Assembly: GCA_965207295.1 (NCBI GenBank)
Contig: OZ242275.1
Location: forward strand, 3,503,456 to 3,567,455
Direction of reading: 5' to 3'
Origin: Phototrophicaceae bacterium
Lineage (GTDB): Bacteria > Chloroflexota > Anaerolineae > Aggregatilineales > Phototrophicaceae
Length of the DNA stretch: 64,000 nucleotides
Below the pieces are notes generated by a model. The model ran no database searches, had not been told where the DNA came from, and worked only from the letters and a program-made list of their open reading frames with translations. Shown here piece after piece: positions 47,516-55,376 of the stretch (its first letter is position 1; every line of letters starts with the position of its first letter). A program made the translations under genes and the position numbers.

Positions 47516-48663
47516 TCGTCTACCGGCATCATTAACTGCTTTAAGATTCGGTCTACATCTTCCAGCGTGATCGGCCCTTCGTCCGCCGTTAATTTGACCT
47601 GCGCCGTCGCCAGGTTTAGCACATCCTCGGGCAGCGAGATCCCGCTGCTGGCAGCATATTCGCGGATGGCGTTTCGACCCACGAGACGATGCGCGACATC
47701 AATGATGCGCGCCATGCCAAAATCTTCGGGATCGATTGCTTCATACGTGGTCGGGTTCTTCAAGACGGCGTTTGTATGGACGCCCGCCTTGTGATGAAAA
47801 GCGACCTCGCCGGTGATCGGGGTGTTGTACGGAATCTCGATGCCCAGTTTCTCGGCGACAATCGCTTCAATCTCGGGCAGCAGGCTGAGCTCGTATTTCT
47901 CGACAAGCGCCTTGTCGCAAGTGTACAGACGGCCGATCAGCGCGCCCATCGGCGTTATGCCATTGCGCTCGCCGATGCCCAGGACGGTGGTGTCAATATG
48001 GGTCGCGCCGGCTTGCAAGGCGCAGAAGGCGTTGGCGACGGCGCAGCTGCTGTCGTTGTGACCGTGAAACTCTATATCGCAGCTGACCACATCGCGCAGA
48101 TTTGAAATGAGATTGTATGTTTGCAGCGGGTCGGCGATGCCCACCGTATCGGCGACGCCAACGCGGTCCACGCCCGCCAGATCCATCGCCCGATAAACGG
48201 TCATCACATCGGCGAAATTGCTGCGGAAAGTGTCTTCGGTGCTGAATCGCGTCTCAACGTCATGCTGATTAAGAAAGGCGATGACTTCTTGCCCCATTTC
48301 GATCACCTGCTCGAGGCTCTTTCCATGGCTGTATTCGCGCATGTATTCCGATGTGCCGATATAAACATCAGCGCCGTCAACGCCACAAGCGACCGCCAGC
48401 CTGGCGTCGTCCATGTTCGCTCGGATATGCGTCAGCAGCTTAAAGCGGCGCGGCATATCGGCTAGAGCGCGGATGGCATCGGCGCTTTGCGGGCTAGCCA
48501 CGGGCGTCGAAAGCTCCATATATTCCACGCCGAAGCGGTCAAGCAAGCCTGCGATTTCGCGCTTGTCGTCCATTGTGAAATGCGTGCCGCGGAACTGCTC
48601 GCCCTCGCGCAACGTGGAATCGATGAAATTGAATTGTTGAACGGGAATATTGCGTATACGCAT
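47512..48663 (-). CDS. Homocitrate synthase
   Basis: DSTLREGEQ and HGHND TIM-barrel motifs, 383 aa with no LeuA regulatory domain. Last gene of the lysW operon. Confidence 0.8.
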   Translation of the reverse strand: MRIRNIPVQQFNFIDSTLREGEQFRGTHFTMDDKREIAGLLDRFGVEYMELSTPVASPQSADAIRALADMPRRFKLLTHIRANMDDARLAVACGVDGADVYIGTSEYMREYSHGKSLEQVIEMGQEVIAFLNQHDVETRFSTEDTFRSNFADVMTVYRAMDLAGVDRVGVADTVGIADPLQTYNLISNLRDVVSCDIEFHGHNDSSCAVANAFCALQAGATHIDTTVLGIGERNGITPMGALIGRLYTCDKALVEKYELSLLPEIEAIVAEKLGIEIPYNTPITGEVAFHHKAGVHTNAVLKNPTTYEAIDPEDFGMARIIDVAHRLVGRNAIREYAASSGISLPEDVLNLATAQVKLTADEGPITLEDVDRILKQLMMPVDD

Positions 48664-48680
48664 AGCGTGCCTGGCCTTAT

Positions 48681-49733
48681 TCAGACGGTCTCAAGGACAA
48701 GTGTCAACACGTCAATCGCCCGCAGATACTCGTCAAGGTCTATGTGCTCATCGGGCCTATGGTCGAGCGCGGAATCGCCGGGTCCATAAGCGACAATTGG
48801 ACAGCCCCAACGCGGCCCAACGATGTTCATATCCGCCGTGCCGGTTTTGAATACGAAGCGCGGCACGCCGTCTTGAGCGCGAATGGCGCGCCTGAACTGA
48901 CGGCTGAGCGCGCTGTTCTTGTCGCCGCTGAATGCGCGCTCTCCACCGCGCCCGGACACGGTCGCGCAATCACCAGCCGGGAATCGCCGCCGCAATTCAT
49001 CGGGCTTCACATTCGGCGGAAGACGAAAACCAACCGTCATTTCAGCAATGCCGTTGACGCCTTCCTGCCAGGTATTGATATCGCGGAGCGAGGGATCAAG
49101 CCGGGCAAATAGTGACTCGATACCTTGATTAAATTGGTCGCAGTATGATTTGATGCTCTGCCAATAATCCAGCGCGCGTTCCGCTGGGCTGGGCGCATCG
49201 CTGGCGCTGTGCGCGAGGCCGCCTTCCCAACGCCAATCGAGTAATAGCCGCCCCTTGTAGCCCAAGGTGATGCGATCCCAGCGCGAGGGCTCGCCGATGA
49301 CGCAGAAGTCGGGATCATATTGGGCGAGCGCAAAATGGGCGCCGCGGCTGGTGGCCGCTTCTTCTTCCACTGCGCCGATGACAATGACCTGCGTGCCCGC
49401 CGCCAAATTGGATCGACTCGCCGCCGCCGCGAAGGTGCAAAGTGGTCCTTTGGCATCGACCGCGCCCCGACCGTAGAGTGTTCGTCCCATTAGCCGAACT
49501 GGCGGGAAGCCGGCGAATGTATCAATATGCCCGAGCAGAACGATCTGACGCCTGCCGGTTCCGATGACGCCTACTGCGTTTCCGGCTTCATCAACGAAGG
49601 CGTCGTCATAGCCGTGGCGCCGCATCCAGGCTGTCAAGAATTCAGCGGCTTCGCCCTCGTGACACGACGGACTTGGGATGGCGACTAGATCGCACAGCAG
49701 TTGTTCGGCGCTGCTATCGGAGACCGTGATCAT
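48681..49733 (-). CDS. lysK: [LysW]-lysine hydrolase / acetylornithine deacetylase-like M20 peptidase
   Basis: M20 motifs LLGHIDT, RGAVDAKG, GAVEEE. Assignment supported by cluster context. Confidence 0.75.
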   Translation of the reverse strand: MITVSDSSAEQLLCDLVAIPSPSCHEGEAAEFLTAWMRRHGYDDAFVDEAGNAVGVIGTGRRQIVLLGHIDTFAGFPPVRLMGRTLYGRGAVDAKGPLCTFAAAASRSNLAAGTQVIVIGAVEEEAATSRGAHFALAQYDPDFCVIGEPSRWDRITLGYKGRLLLDWRWEGGLAHSASDAPSPAERALDYWQSIKSYCDQFNQGIESLFARLDPSLRDINTWQEGVNGIAEMTVGFRLPPNVKPDELRRRFPAGDCATVSGRGGERAFSGDKNSALSRQFRRAIRAQDGVPRFVFKTGTADMNIVGPRWGCPIVAYGPGDSALDHRPDEHIDLDEYLRAIDVLTLVLETV

Positions 49734-49736
49734 CGC

Positions 49737-50903
49737 TTAGCCCAGTACCGCCCCAATGGCGTCCCCAATTACAGCAAGCTGATCGCGAGTGATGATCAAA
49801 GGCGGCAGCAGGCGCAGCGTATTAAGACCCGCCGGCAGCGCGAGCAGGCCTCGTTCTTGCAGCGCCTTTAAGATCGGCGTTACACGACCTCTCAGCTCGA
49901 GGCCGATCATAAGACCGCGACCGCGCGCTTGGCGCGCGCCACGCAGGTTCTGGGCTCGCAACTCACTCATGAACCACAAGCCATTATCGCGCGCATTTTC
50001 TACCAAGCCTTCGTCGCGGATCGCCGTGAGCGCGGCGATTGCAGCCGCGCAAGCCAATGGATTGCCGCCGAATGTGCTTCCGTGCGACGCGCGGTCGATT
50101 GGACCGTGAGCGGCTCGCCAGCAGACCGCGCCCATCGGCAGGCCGCCTGCAATCGCCTTGCCAACCGTCATGATGTCGGGGACGATGCCCGCGTGTTCGA
50201 AGCCGAACCACTTGCCGGTGCGCCCGATGCCGGTCTGAATCTCATCAACTATCAGCATGGCGCCAGTCTGATCGCAGCAATCACGCAAGGCTTGCAAATA
50301 TGCGTTATCCGCCGGATGCACGCCGCCTTCGCCCTGGATCGCTTCGACGACAACAGCGGCCGTCGATTCGCTGACCGCTCGCTTCGCCGCTTCGATATCG
50401 TTGAAGGCGACGTAGTCGACCGCCGGCAGCCATTCTTGAAAGGGCTTGCGATACTTCTGCGTCCAGGTCATGGAAAGCGCGCCCGTGGTCCGTCCATGGA
50501 ATGAACGCTTTGCAGCGACTATGCCATCCCGCCCGCTGAGCAGCTTGGCCACTTTCAGCGCGCCCTCATTGGCTTCGGCGCCGCTGTTGCAGAGGAAGAA
50601 GCGGTTGAGATCGGCGGGTGTAATACTCGCCAGCAATTCGTATAGTTTGGCGCGGCGATCGTTGTAGAAAGACTCGTGGCAGGTGATCAGCGTCGCCGCT
50701 TGTTCGCTTATTGCGCTGATGACCGCTGGATGGCAGTGCCCCAGCGCCGCCACACCCTGACCGCTGGTCGCATCGAGGTAGCGCCTGCCCGATTCATCGT
50801 ATACATATACGCCCTCGCCTCGGACCAAGGCGGTCGGCCGTTTGCTATAAGCGCCCGACCCGTGCTGATTCTCCAACTCAAACAGCTTCGCGGTCTCAAT
50901 CAT
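49737..50903 (-). CDS. lysJ: [LysW]-aminoadipate semialdehyde / acetylornithine aminotransferase
   Basis: Class III PLP aminotransferase: [26 protein letters not shown] (PLP lysine). Confidence 0.8.
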   Translation of the reverse strand: MIETAKLFELENQHGSGAYSKRPTALVRGEGVYVYDESGRRYLDATSGQGVAALGHCHPAVISAISEQAATLITCHESFYNDRRAKLYELLASITPADLNRFFLCNSGAEANEGALKVAKLLSGRDGIVAAKRSFHGRTTGALSMTWTQKYRKPFQEWLPAVDYVAFNDIEAAKRAVSESTAAVVVEAIQGEGGVHPADNAYLQALRDCCDQTGAMLIVDEIQTGIGRTGKWFGFEHAGIVPDIMTVGKAIAGGLPMGAVCWRAAHGPIDRASHGSTFGGNPLACAAAIAALTAIRDEGLVENARDNGLWFMSELRAQNLRGARQARGRGLMIGLELRGRVTPILKALQERGLLALPAGLNTLRLLPPLIITRDQLAVIGDAIGAVLG

Positions 50904-51709
50904 TTGGTAAACCTCGTGCCGGCGCCAGCAAGGGCGCGCGACAGCGCATTAGGAGCACGACCATCAGCAATGATGACGCGCTCCACACCTTCGATTAACG
51001 CTTCCTGCGCCGCGAGCACCTTGCGTTTCATGCGGCCCTGCGCCCATGTGAGCGCGGATTCGATCTGCGACAAGTGTACCTGCTCGACGATTGACGCTTC
51101 ATCCGGAAAGCTGCGATATAGCCCGCCAACATTGCTTAGAATGACCAAAGCCTTAGCCTTCAACGCCCCAGCAACTGCGGCAGCGGCGCGGTCCCCATCG
51201 ACATTCAACATGCCGTCGTCGCTCTTCGCCATCGGCGGCAGCACCGGCAGGCAAGCCTGGTCCAGCGCTCGCCTCAGCAACTGCGCATCGACGCCAGTGA
51301 TGGATCCGCTGTAATCATCGCGTATCACGCGCACCCGCCCATTGACGACCGCTCGGATTGCCGTTTTGCGTTTGCCGCAAAGCGCGACATCCTCGTTTAT
51401 CAATCCGGCAGCGCTAATCCCGCGCTCGCGCAAAGACGAAACCAGCTGCTCATTCGCCATTGCAGAGGCGCCGACGAAGAGGTCGCGCACGGCCGGCGGT
51501 GTATAGCGCGAACTGTGTCCCGATGGCGATGTCAACGATTCCACCTCGACGCCGCTTTCTAGACAAAGCCGATCCATGATGGCGCTCACGCCATGCACGA
51601 CGACCAACGAGCGCGTCTGGGCGATGCCCGCCAGATCATCACAGGCGGCTGAAAGATTCAAGCCCTCGCCGCCACCCAATTTGACAACCAATAGTGCTGT
51701 TTCGGACAT
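50900..51709 (-). CDS. lysZ: [LysW]-aminoadipate kinase / acetylglutamate kinase-like
   Basis: Amino-acid kinase fold with LVVKLGG and VVVHG motifs. ATGA overlap with lysJ. Confidence 0.8.
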   Translation of the reverse strand: MSETALLVVKLGGGEGLNLSAACDDLAGIAQTRSLVVVHGVSAIMDRLCLESGVEVESLTSPSGHSSRYTPPAVRDLFVGASAMANEQLVSSLRERGISAAGLINEDVALCGKRKTAIRAVVNGRVRVIRDDYSGSITGVDAQLLRRALDQACLPVLPPMAKSDDGMLNVDGDRAAAAVAGALKAKALVILSNVGGLYRSFPDEASIVEQVHLSQIESALTWAQGRMKRKVLAAQEALIEGVERVIIADGRAPNALSRALAGAGTRFTK

Positions 51710-51723
51710 TTCATTTGCGCCTG

Positions 51724-52749
51724 TTACGGGTAAATCCCGGGGAATTCGAGCCCGGTCGTTTCTTCCAGTTTCAACATCAGATTCATCGATTGAACGGCAC
51801 TGCCGGCCGCGCCTTTGCCCAGATTATCCAACGCGGCGATGACGACCAGATGCGTCCCGTCCTCATCCAGCTCGAAGCCGATGTCGCAATAGTTGCTTCC
51901 TGCGACCACGCGCGGCTCCGGCAATCGATGCAAACCTGCCCGGCCGCTTACCAAGCGCACGAATGGCTCGTCTCGATAGCGCCCGCGATATAGCCGCCAA
52001 ATGTCGCGTTCAACTTTCGGCTCATTCAAATAACAATGCGCCAAGAGATGAATGCCGCGCACCAGCTCAATCGCGGTAACCGAGAAATGAAGCGGGAAAT
52101 CTTCGCCCAGCACAAGCCGCGCTTCCGCCAAGTGTCGGTGCCCTGTCGCTTTGTAGCTGCGTACAGCGCCGCTGCGAATTGGATGATGCGAGCCCGGGTT
52201 ACTCTTATTGCCGCCTTCAGACGATCCGACCTTGATCTCGCAGGCGGCGCGCTCAAGGAGCCCAGCCTGGACCAGCGGCAGCAGCGCCAGGTTCAGCGCA
52301 GTCGCATTGCAGCCCACGCCGCTTATGTAGTTGGCGCCAGTCAGCGATCCGCGATTGACCTCGGGCAAACCGTAGACGAAACGGTACAGCCAGCGCGGCG
52401 CTGGGTGTTCTTCGCCATAATATTTCTCGTAGCTGGCGGCGCAATCGAGGCGGAAATCAGCCGAAAGGTCAACTAGCTTGGGCGCAAGCCGGGCATAGTC
52501 TTCAATCTTGCGCGCGACCGTCCCGTGCGGCAAAGCCAAAAACAGCAGATCACAAGCTTCCAAAGCCTGCGGGTGGATGAATTTCAAGCGCGAAACGCCA
52601 CGCATATTGGGATGAACTGTGTGCGCGTAGCGCCCGGCATGCTCGCGGCTGGTGATCTGCGTCAATTCAACTTCCGGGTGAAAATGCAGCAGCCGCAGCA
52701 GCTCGCCGCCGGTATATCCGCTGCCGCCAACGATGCCCGCTTGAATCAC
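51724..52749 (-). CDS. lysY: [LysW]-aminoadipyl-phosphate reductase / N-acetyl-gamma-glutamyl-phosphate reductase-like
   Basis: IVGGSGYTGGELLRLL and active-site GVGCNATA. GTG start overlaps the lysX stop. Confidence 0.85.
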   Translation of the reverse strand: MIQAGIVGGSGYTGGELLRLLHFHPEVELTQITSREHAGRYAHTVHPNMRGVSRLKFIHPQALEACDLLFLALPHGTVARKIEDYARLAPKLVDLSADFRLDCAASYEKYYGEEHPAPRWLYRFVYGLPEVNRGSLTGANYISGVGCNATALNLALLPLVQAGLLERAACEIKVGSSEGGNKSNPGSHHPIRSGAVRSYKATGHRHLAEARLVLGEDFPLHFSVTAIELVRGIHLLAHCYLNEPKVERDIWRLYRGRYRDEPFVRLVSGRAGLHRLPEPRVVAGSNYCDIGFELDEDGTHLVVIAALDNLGKGAAGSAVQSMNLMLKLEETTGLEFPGIYP

Positions 52750-53624
52750 GCTACCACTCCAATTTGACCGATGACGAAATCAATCACTTCTTGCGCAATA
52801 TCGACGCCGGTCGGTTTGCTGCTGTTGCGGAATTCCATCGTGTGATTAATCTCGTTGACCACGAAATCGCCAACCGCGTCCTCAAGCAGATCGACAGCAA
52901 GGATACCGCCGCCGACCGCATGCGCAGCGCGCACGCAGATGTCGTTCAGTTGATCGGTTACGGGGCAGTTCGTCGCTAGCCCGCCGCGCGCCGTATTGGT
53001 GATCCAGTGGTTGGACGCGCGATAGATCGCCGCAATCGTGCGATCGCCGACGACGAAGGCGCGGATGTCGCGCCCGGGCTTGTCAATATATTCTTGCACG
53101 TAATAGGTGTGATGGTTGTAGTCGCCGAGCGTTTGCCGGTGTTCGAGGATGGCTTCGGCGCTGTCCCGGTTGTGGACGCGCGCCAGCAGCCGCCCCCAGG
53201 AACCGGTCACCGGCTTGAGCACAGCCGGATACTGGACATCCTCTATCGCCTGCATCGCGCTCTCGGGCGTGAAGGCGACGCGCGTATGCGGCTGTGGTAT
53301 GCCACACTTCATCAAAGCGATGCTCGTCCGCAGCTTATCCGCGCATGCCGCCGCTGTTTCATAAGTGTTGTAGGTGCGCAGGCCCCAGTTATTGAGTATC
53401 GCCAGCGCGTACATGCCGCGAGATGTGCTGACGCAGCGTTCGAAGACAAGGTCGTAATCGCGCCAGGCGATGCCCGACGGCGCCAACTGGTCGGCGCCTT
53501 GCGTGATTTCAAAATTTAGTTCGCGGTCGAGTATGATGTCGGGGCTGATATCGCGCTTGTTGAAGGCGGCAAGAATCAGTTTTTCTTCGGCGCGAATATG
53601 TGTGACCAGCAGGGCGACGCGCAT
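52746..53624 (-). CDS. lysX: Alpha-aminoadipate--LysW ligase (RimK-type ATP-grasp)
   Basis: ATP-grasp of the RimK/LysX type, 292 aa. Lies 4 nt downstream of lysW. Confidence 0.85.
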   Translation of the reverse strand: MRVALLVTHIRAEEKLILAAFNKRDISPDIILDRELNFEITQGADQLAPSGIAWRDYDLVFERCVSTSRGMYALAILNNWGLRTYNTYETAAACADKLRTSIALMKCGIPQPHTRVAFTPESAMQAIEDVQYPAVLKPVTGSWGRLLARVHNRDSAEAILEHRQTLGDYNHHTYYVQEYIDKPGRDIRAFVVGDRTIAAIYRASNHWITNTARGGLATNCPVTDQLNDICVRAAHAVGGGILAVDLLEDAVGDFVVNEINHTMEFRNSSKPTGVDIAQEVIDFVIGQIGVVA

Positions 53625-53628
53625 AAGG

Positions 53629-53805
53629 TTACTCTCCCCAATCCTCTTCCACTTCCGGCGCCAATTCCAACTCCAGCGGGTCGAGGTTCATGATCTCCAA
53701 TTCCGTCCCGCATTCGGCGCACGATACCAACTCATTTTCCATCGCGTCCGCCGGAATCTCAACCTCGCCATCGCATTCCGGGCAAAGCGGCGTTTCACTG
53801 GCCAT
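53629..53805 (-). CDS. lysW: Amino-group carrier protein LysW
   Basis: Below the ORF-track size cut-off. My translation is MASETPLCPECDGEVEIPADAMENELVSCAECGTELEIMNLDPLELELAPEVEEDWGE: a CxxC...CxxC zinc ribbon plus an acidic tail ending EDWGE. AGGAGAA RBS 6 nt upstream. Confidence 0.85.
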   Translation of the reverse strand: MASETPLCPECDGEVEIPADAMENELVSCAECGTELEIMNLDPLELELAPEVEEDWGE

Positions 53806-53830
53806 CTTGATTTCTCCTGTTCTTGATCCT

Positions 53831-53860
53831 CAAAACAAAAAACCCGCCGTATGGGCGGGT
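53831..53860 (-). terminator. Intrinsic terminator inside the lys leader (attenuator)
   Basis: Minus strand reads ACCCGCC-CAUAC-GGCGGGU (7-bp stem, 53860-53842) followed by UUUUUGUUUUG. It sits ~25 nt upstream of the lysW RBS, that is, inside a 5' leader rather than after a gene. Confidence 0.7.
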
Positions 53861-53900
53861 GCGTGTTCAAAGTCCTAAAGCAGCGCAAACAAGCCCATAC

Positions 53901-53960
53901 TCAGTGGGTGTCGGTCTTCTTCACCTTCTTGTTTTCACTTGCACTGTCGAACGCGCTCAT
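53901..53960 (-). CDS. Candidate Lys-rich leader peptide of the lys operon
   Basis: 19 codons, MSAFDSASENKKVKKTDTH, with four AAG codons in five positions. The stop codon directly abuts the antiterminator strand. The SD is weak. Confidence 0.5.
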   Translation of the reverse strand: MSAFDSASENKKVKKTDTH

Positions 53961-54024
53961 CTCAACTTACCAGTGCGCCTCGCTTCGATTCAAGCACGTA
54001 CTTTATCGCTTGTGTCGCTAATTC

Positions 54025-54053
54025 ACTATAATCAATTTGTACGAAAATAATAA
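54025..54053 (-). promoter_or_regulatory. Candidate promoter of the lys operon
   Basis: Minus strand reads TTATTA (54053-54048), a 17-nt spacer, then TATAGT (54030-54025), within a strikingly AT-rich tract containing (ATT)4. Confidence 0.3.
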
Positions 54054-54073
54054 TAATACAAACGTTAAATCAA

Positions 54074-54940
54074 CTAAAAACCGAATCGCTCCAATGCCTC
54101 GTGCAGGGGCGGGAGGTATTTGTCTCCGAACAGCGTCAGATGTATGAGCAAGGGATATAGATTGTAAATGTGGCGCCTTGTAGCATAGAAGTCCTCGTCT
54201 ATCGGAATCCTCTCCGCATAGGCAGTGAAGAAGGCCTCTCCCGTGCCGCCGAAGAGCGTCATATAAGCCAGCTCCATCTCATTATGCGCGAAATAGAGGG
54301 CTGGATCGATAATCCCGACAACCCGACCAGCGCGAGAAATCACATTGGTCTTCCACATATCGCCGTGGATCAGCGCCGGCTTGGCTGGCTCGATCAAGTA
54401 ATGGTCCAGCTTGCTGGCGATGCGCCGGAGCCGCCGCTCAAGCTCGGCGGGAAGGAACCCCGATTCCCTCGCGATGCCAATCATGTATTGCAGCCGCTGC
54501 TCGCGAAAGAAAGCGACCCACGACGTCATTTGCGGATTCGGCTGACGCAAGGGTCCAATTAAGGTATCGCGTTCGAGGCCATAGAATGGGCTTGTCACCT
54601 GATGGCAATGAGCCATCAGCTCGCCCAGATGGCGCAGGACGTCACCCTCCCACTCGATGCGCCCGTCAACAAATTCCATCAACAGCAGATTGGGTTCTTC
54701 GTGCAAGACTGCCGGTAACGGTAATCCTGAGCGCTCGCGCAGGTATCGCAGCATAAAGGCTTCGATCGTCAGGTCATGACCGCCATCGCCAACTTTAGCC
54801 ACCACCGATTCACCTCCGGCCAGATCGACCCGCAGCACCTGGCTGATCATGCCGCCGGCCAGCGGCTGCCATGCGCGAACAGGCCGCCGAAGCGCAGCCT
54901 CAATTCTGGATTGAACTTCGCGGTTGATGACGCGACTCAT
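54074..54940 (-). CDS. Fructosamine kinase family protein
   Basis: Kinase-like fold with LIHGDMWKTNV and the IDPA motif, 288 aa. Confidence 0.85.
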   Translation of the reverse strand: MSRVINREVQSRIEAALRRPVRAWQPLAGGMISQVLRVDLAGGESVVAKVGDGGHDLTIEAFMLRYLRERSGLPLPAVLHEEPNLLLMEFVDGRIEWEGDVLRHLGELMAHCHQVTSPFYGLERDTLIGPLRQPNPQMTSWVAFFREQRLQYMIGIARESGFLPAELERRLRRIASKLDHYLIEPAKPALIHGDMWKTNVISRAGRVVGIIDPALYFAHNEMELAYMTLFGGTGEAFFTAYAERIPIDEDFYATRRHIYNLYPLLIHLTLFGDKYLPPLHEALERFGF

Positions 54941-54978
54941 CGGTAAACCGTTTCGATAAGGTTTAGGGCAGGCTTGGC

Positions 54979-55008
54979 TTGACAGCCCGGCTCTCGCAAC
55001 GGTACAAT
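54979..55008 (+). promoter_or_regulatory. Near-consensus sigma70 promoter of rpmF
   Basis: TTGACA (54979-54984), an 18-nt spacer, then TACAAT (55003-55008). About 38 nt upstream of the rpmF ATG. Confidence 0.6.
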
Positions 55009-55045
55009 ACGCCGATTATGCTAGAAATTGCTCAGGAGTAAAGAT

Positions 55046-55231
55046 ATGGGTCCGCTACCGAAGCGAAAAGTCTCGAAGTCCCGGCGAGACCGGCGCCGCG
55101 CCCATGACGCCTTGACGCTGAAGCATCTGGTGGAGTGCGCAAGCTGTGGCGAATATCATATCGCCCATCGCGTCTGCCCCAAATGCGGCTCCTATCGTGG
55201 CGAACAGATCGTCGAGGTTGAAAGCGATTAA
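55046..55231 (+). CDS. rpmF: 50S ribosomal protein L32
   Basis: MGPLPKRKVSKSRRDRRRAH... with the CxxC...CxxC zinc knuckle (CASCG, CPKCG). AGGAG RBS at 55034-55038. Confidence 0.9.
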   Translation: MGPLPKRKVSKSRRDRRRAHDALTLKHLVECASCGEYHIAHRVCPKCGSYRGEQIVEVESD

Positions 55232-55265
55232 GCGGTTATTCTGTTAAGCCGATCTGCCTCGTAAG

Positions 55266-55291
55266 ACCGTGCCGTCAAGGCGCGGTTTTTG
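55266..55291 (+). terminator. Intrinsic terminator after rpmF
   Basis: ACCGTGCC-GTCAA-GGCGCGGT (8 bp including one G-U) followed by TTTTG. Confidence 0.55.
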
Positions 55292-55324
55292 CGTCGCGGC
55301 AGTGTCGGCGCCTCGCCTCAAAAA

Positions 55325-55349
55325 TTGTCATCTGGCATAATAATGACAA
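55325..55349. promoter_or_regulatory. Perfect 7-bp inverted repeat upstream of fabD (possible operator)
   Basis: TTGTCAT-N11-ATGACAA, ending 27 nt before the fabD ATG. The spacer contains the CATAAT/TAATAA -10-like sequence. Confidence 0.3.
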
Positions 55350-55376
55350 ATGGACAGGGGATCAAGATTCGCATAG

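Noticed and set aside
53806-54073. Possible lysine (L-box) riboswitch in the lys leader.
   Set aside because: AAGCGAGGCGC weakly resembles the L-box 5' consensus, but I could not find the other conserved blocks (GTCGCCGAAG, ACTGTCA, GGAGAGC type) or a five-helix junction. The leader-peptide model explains the terminator better.
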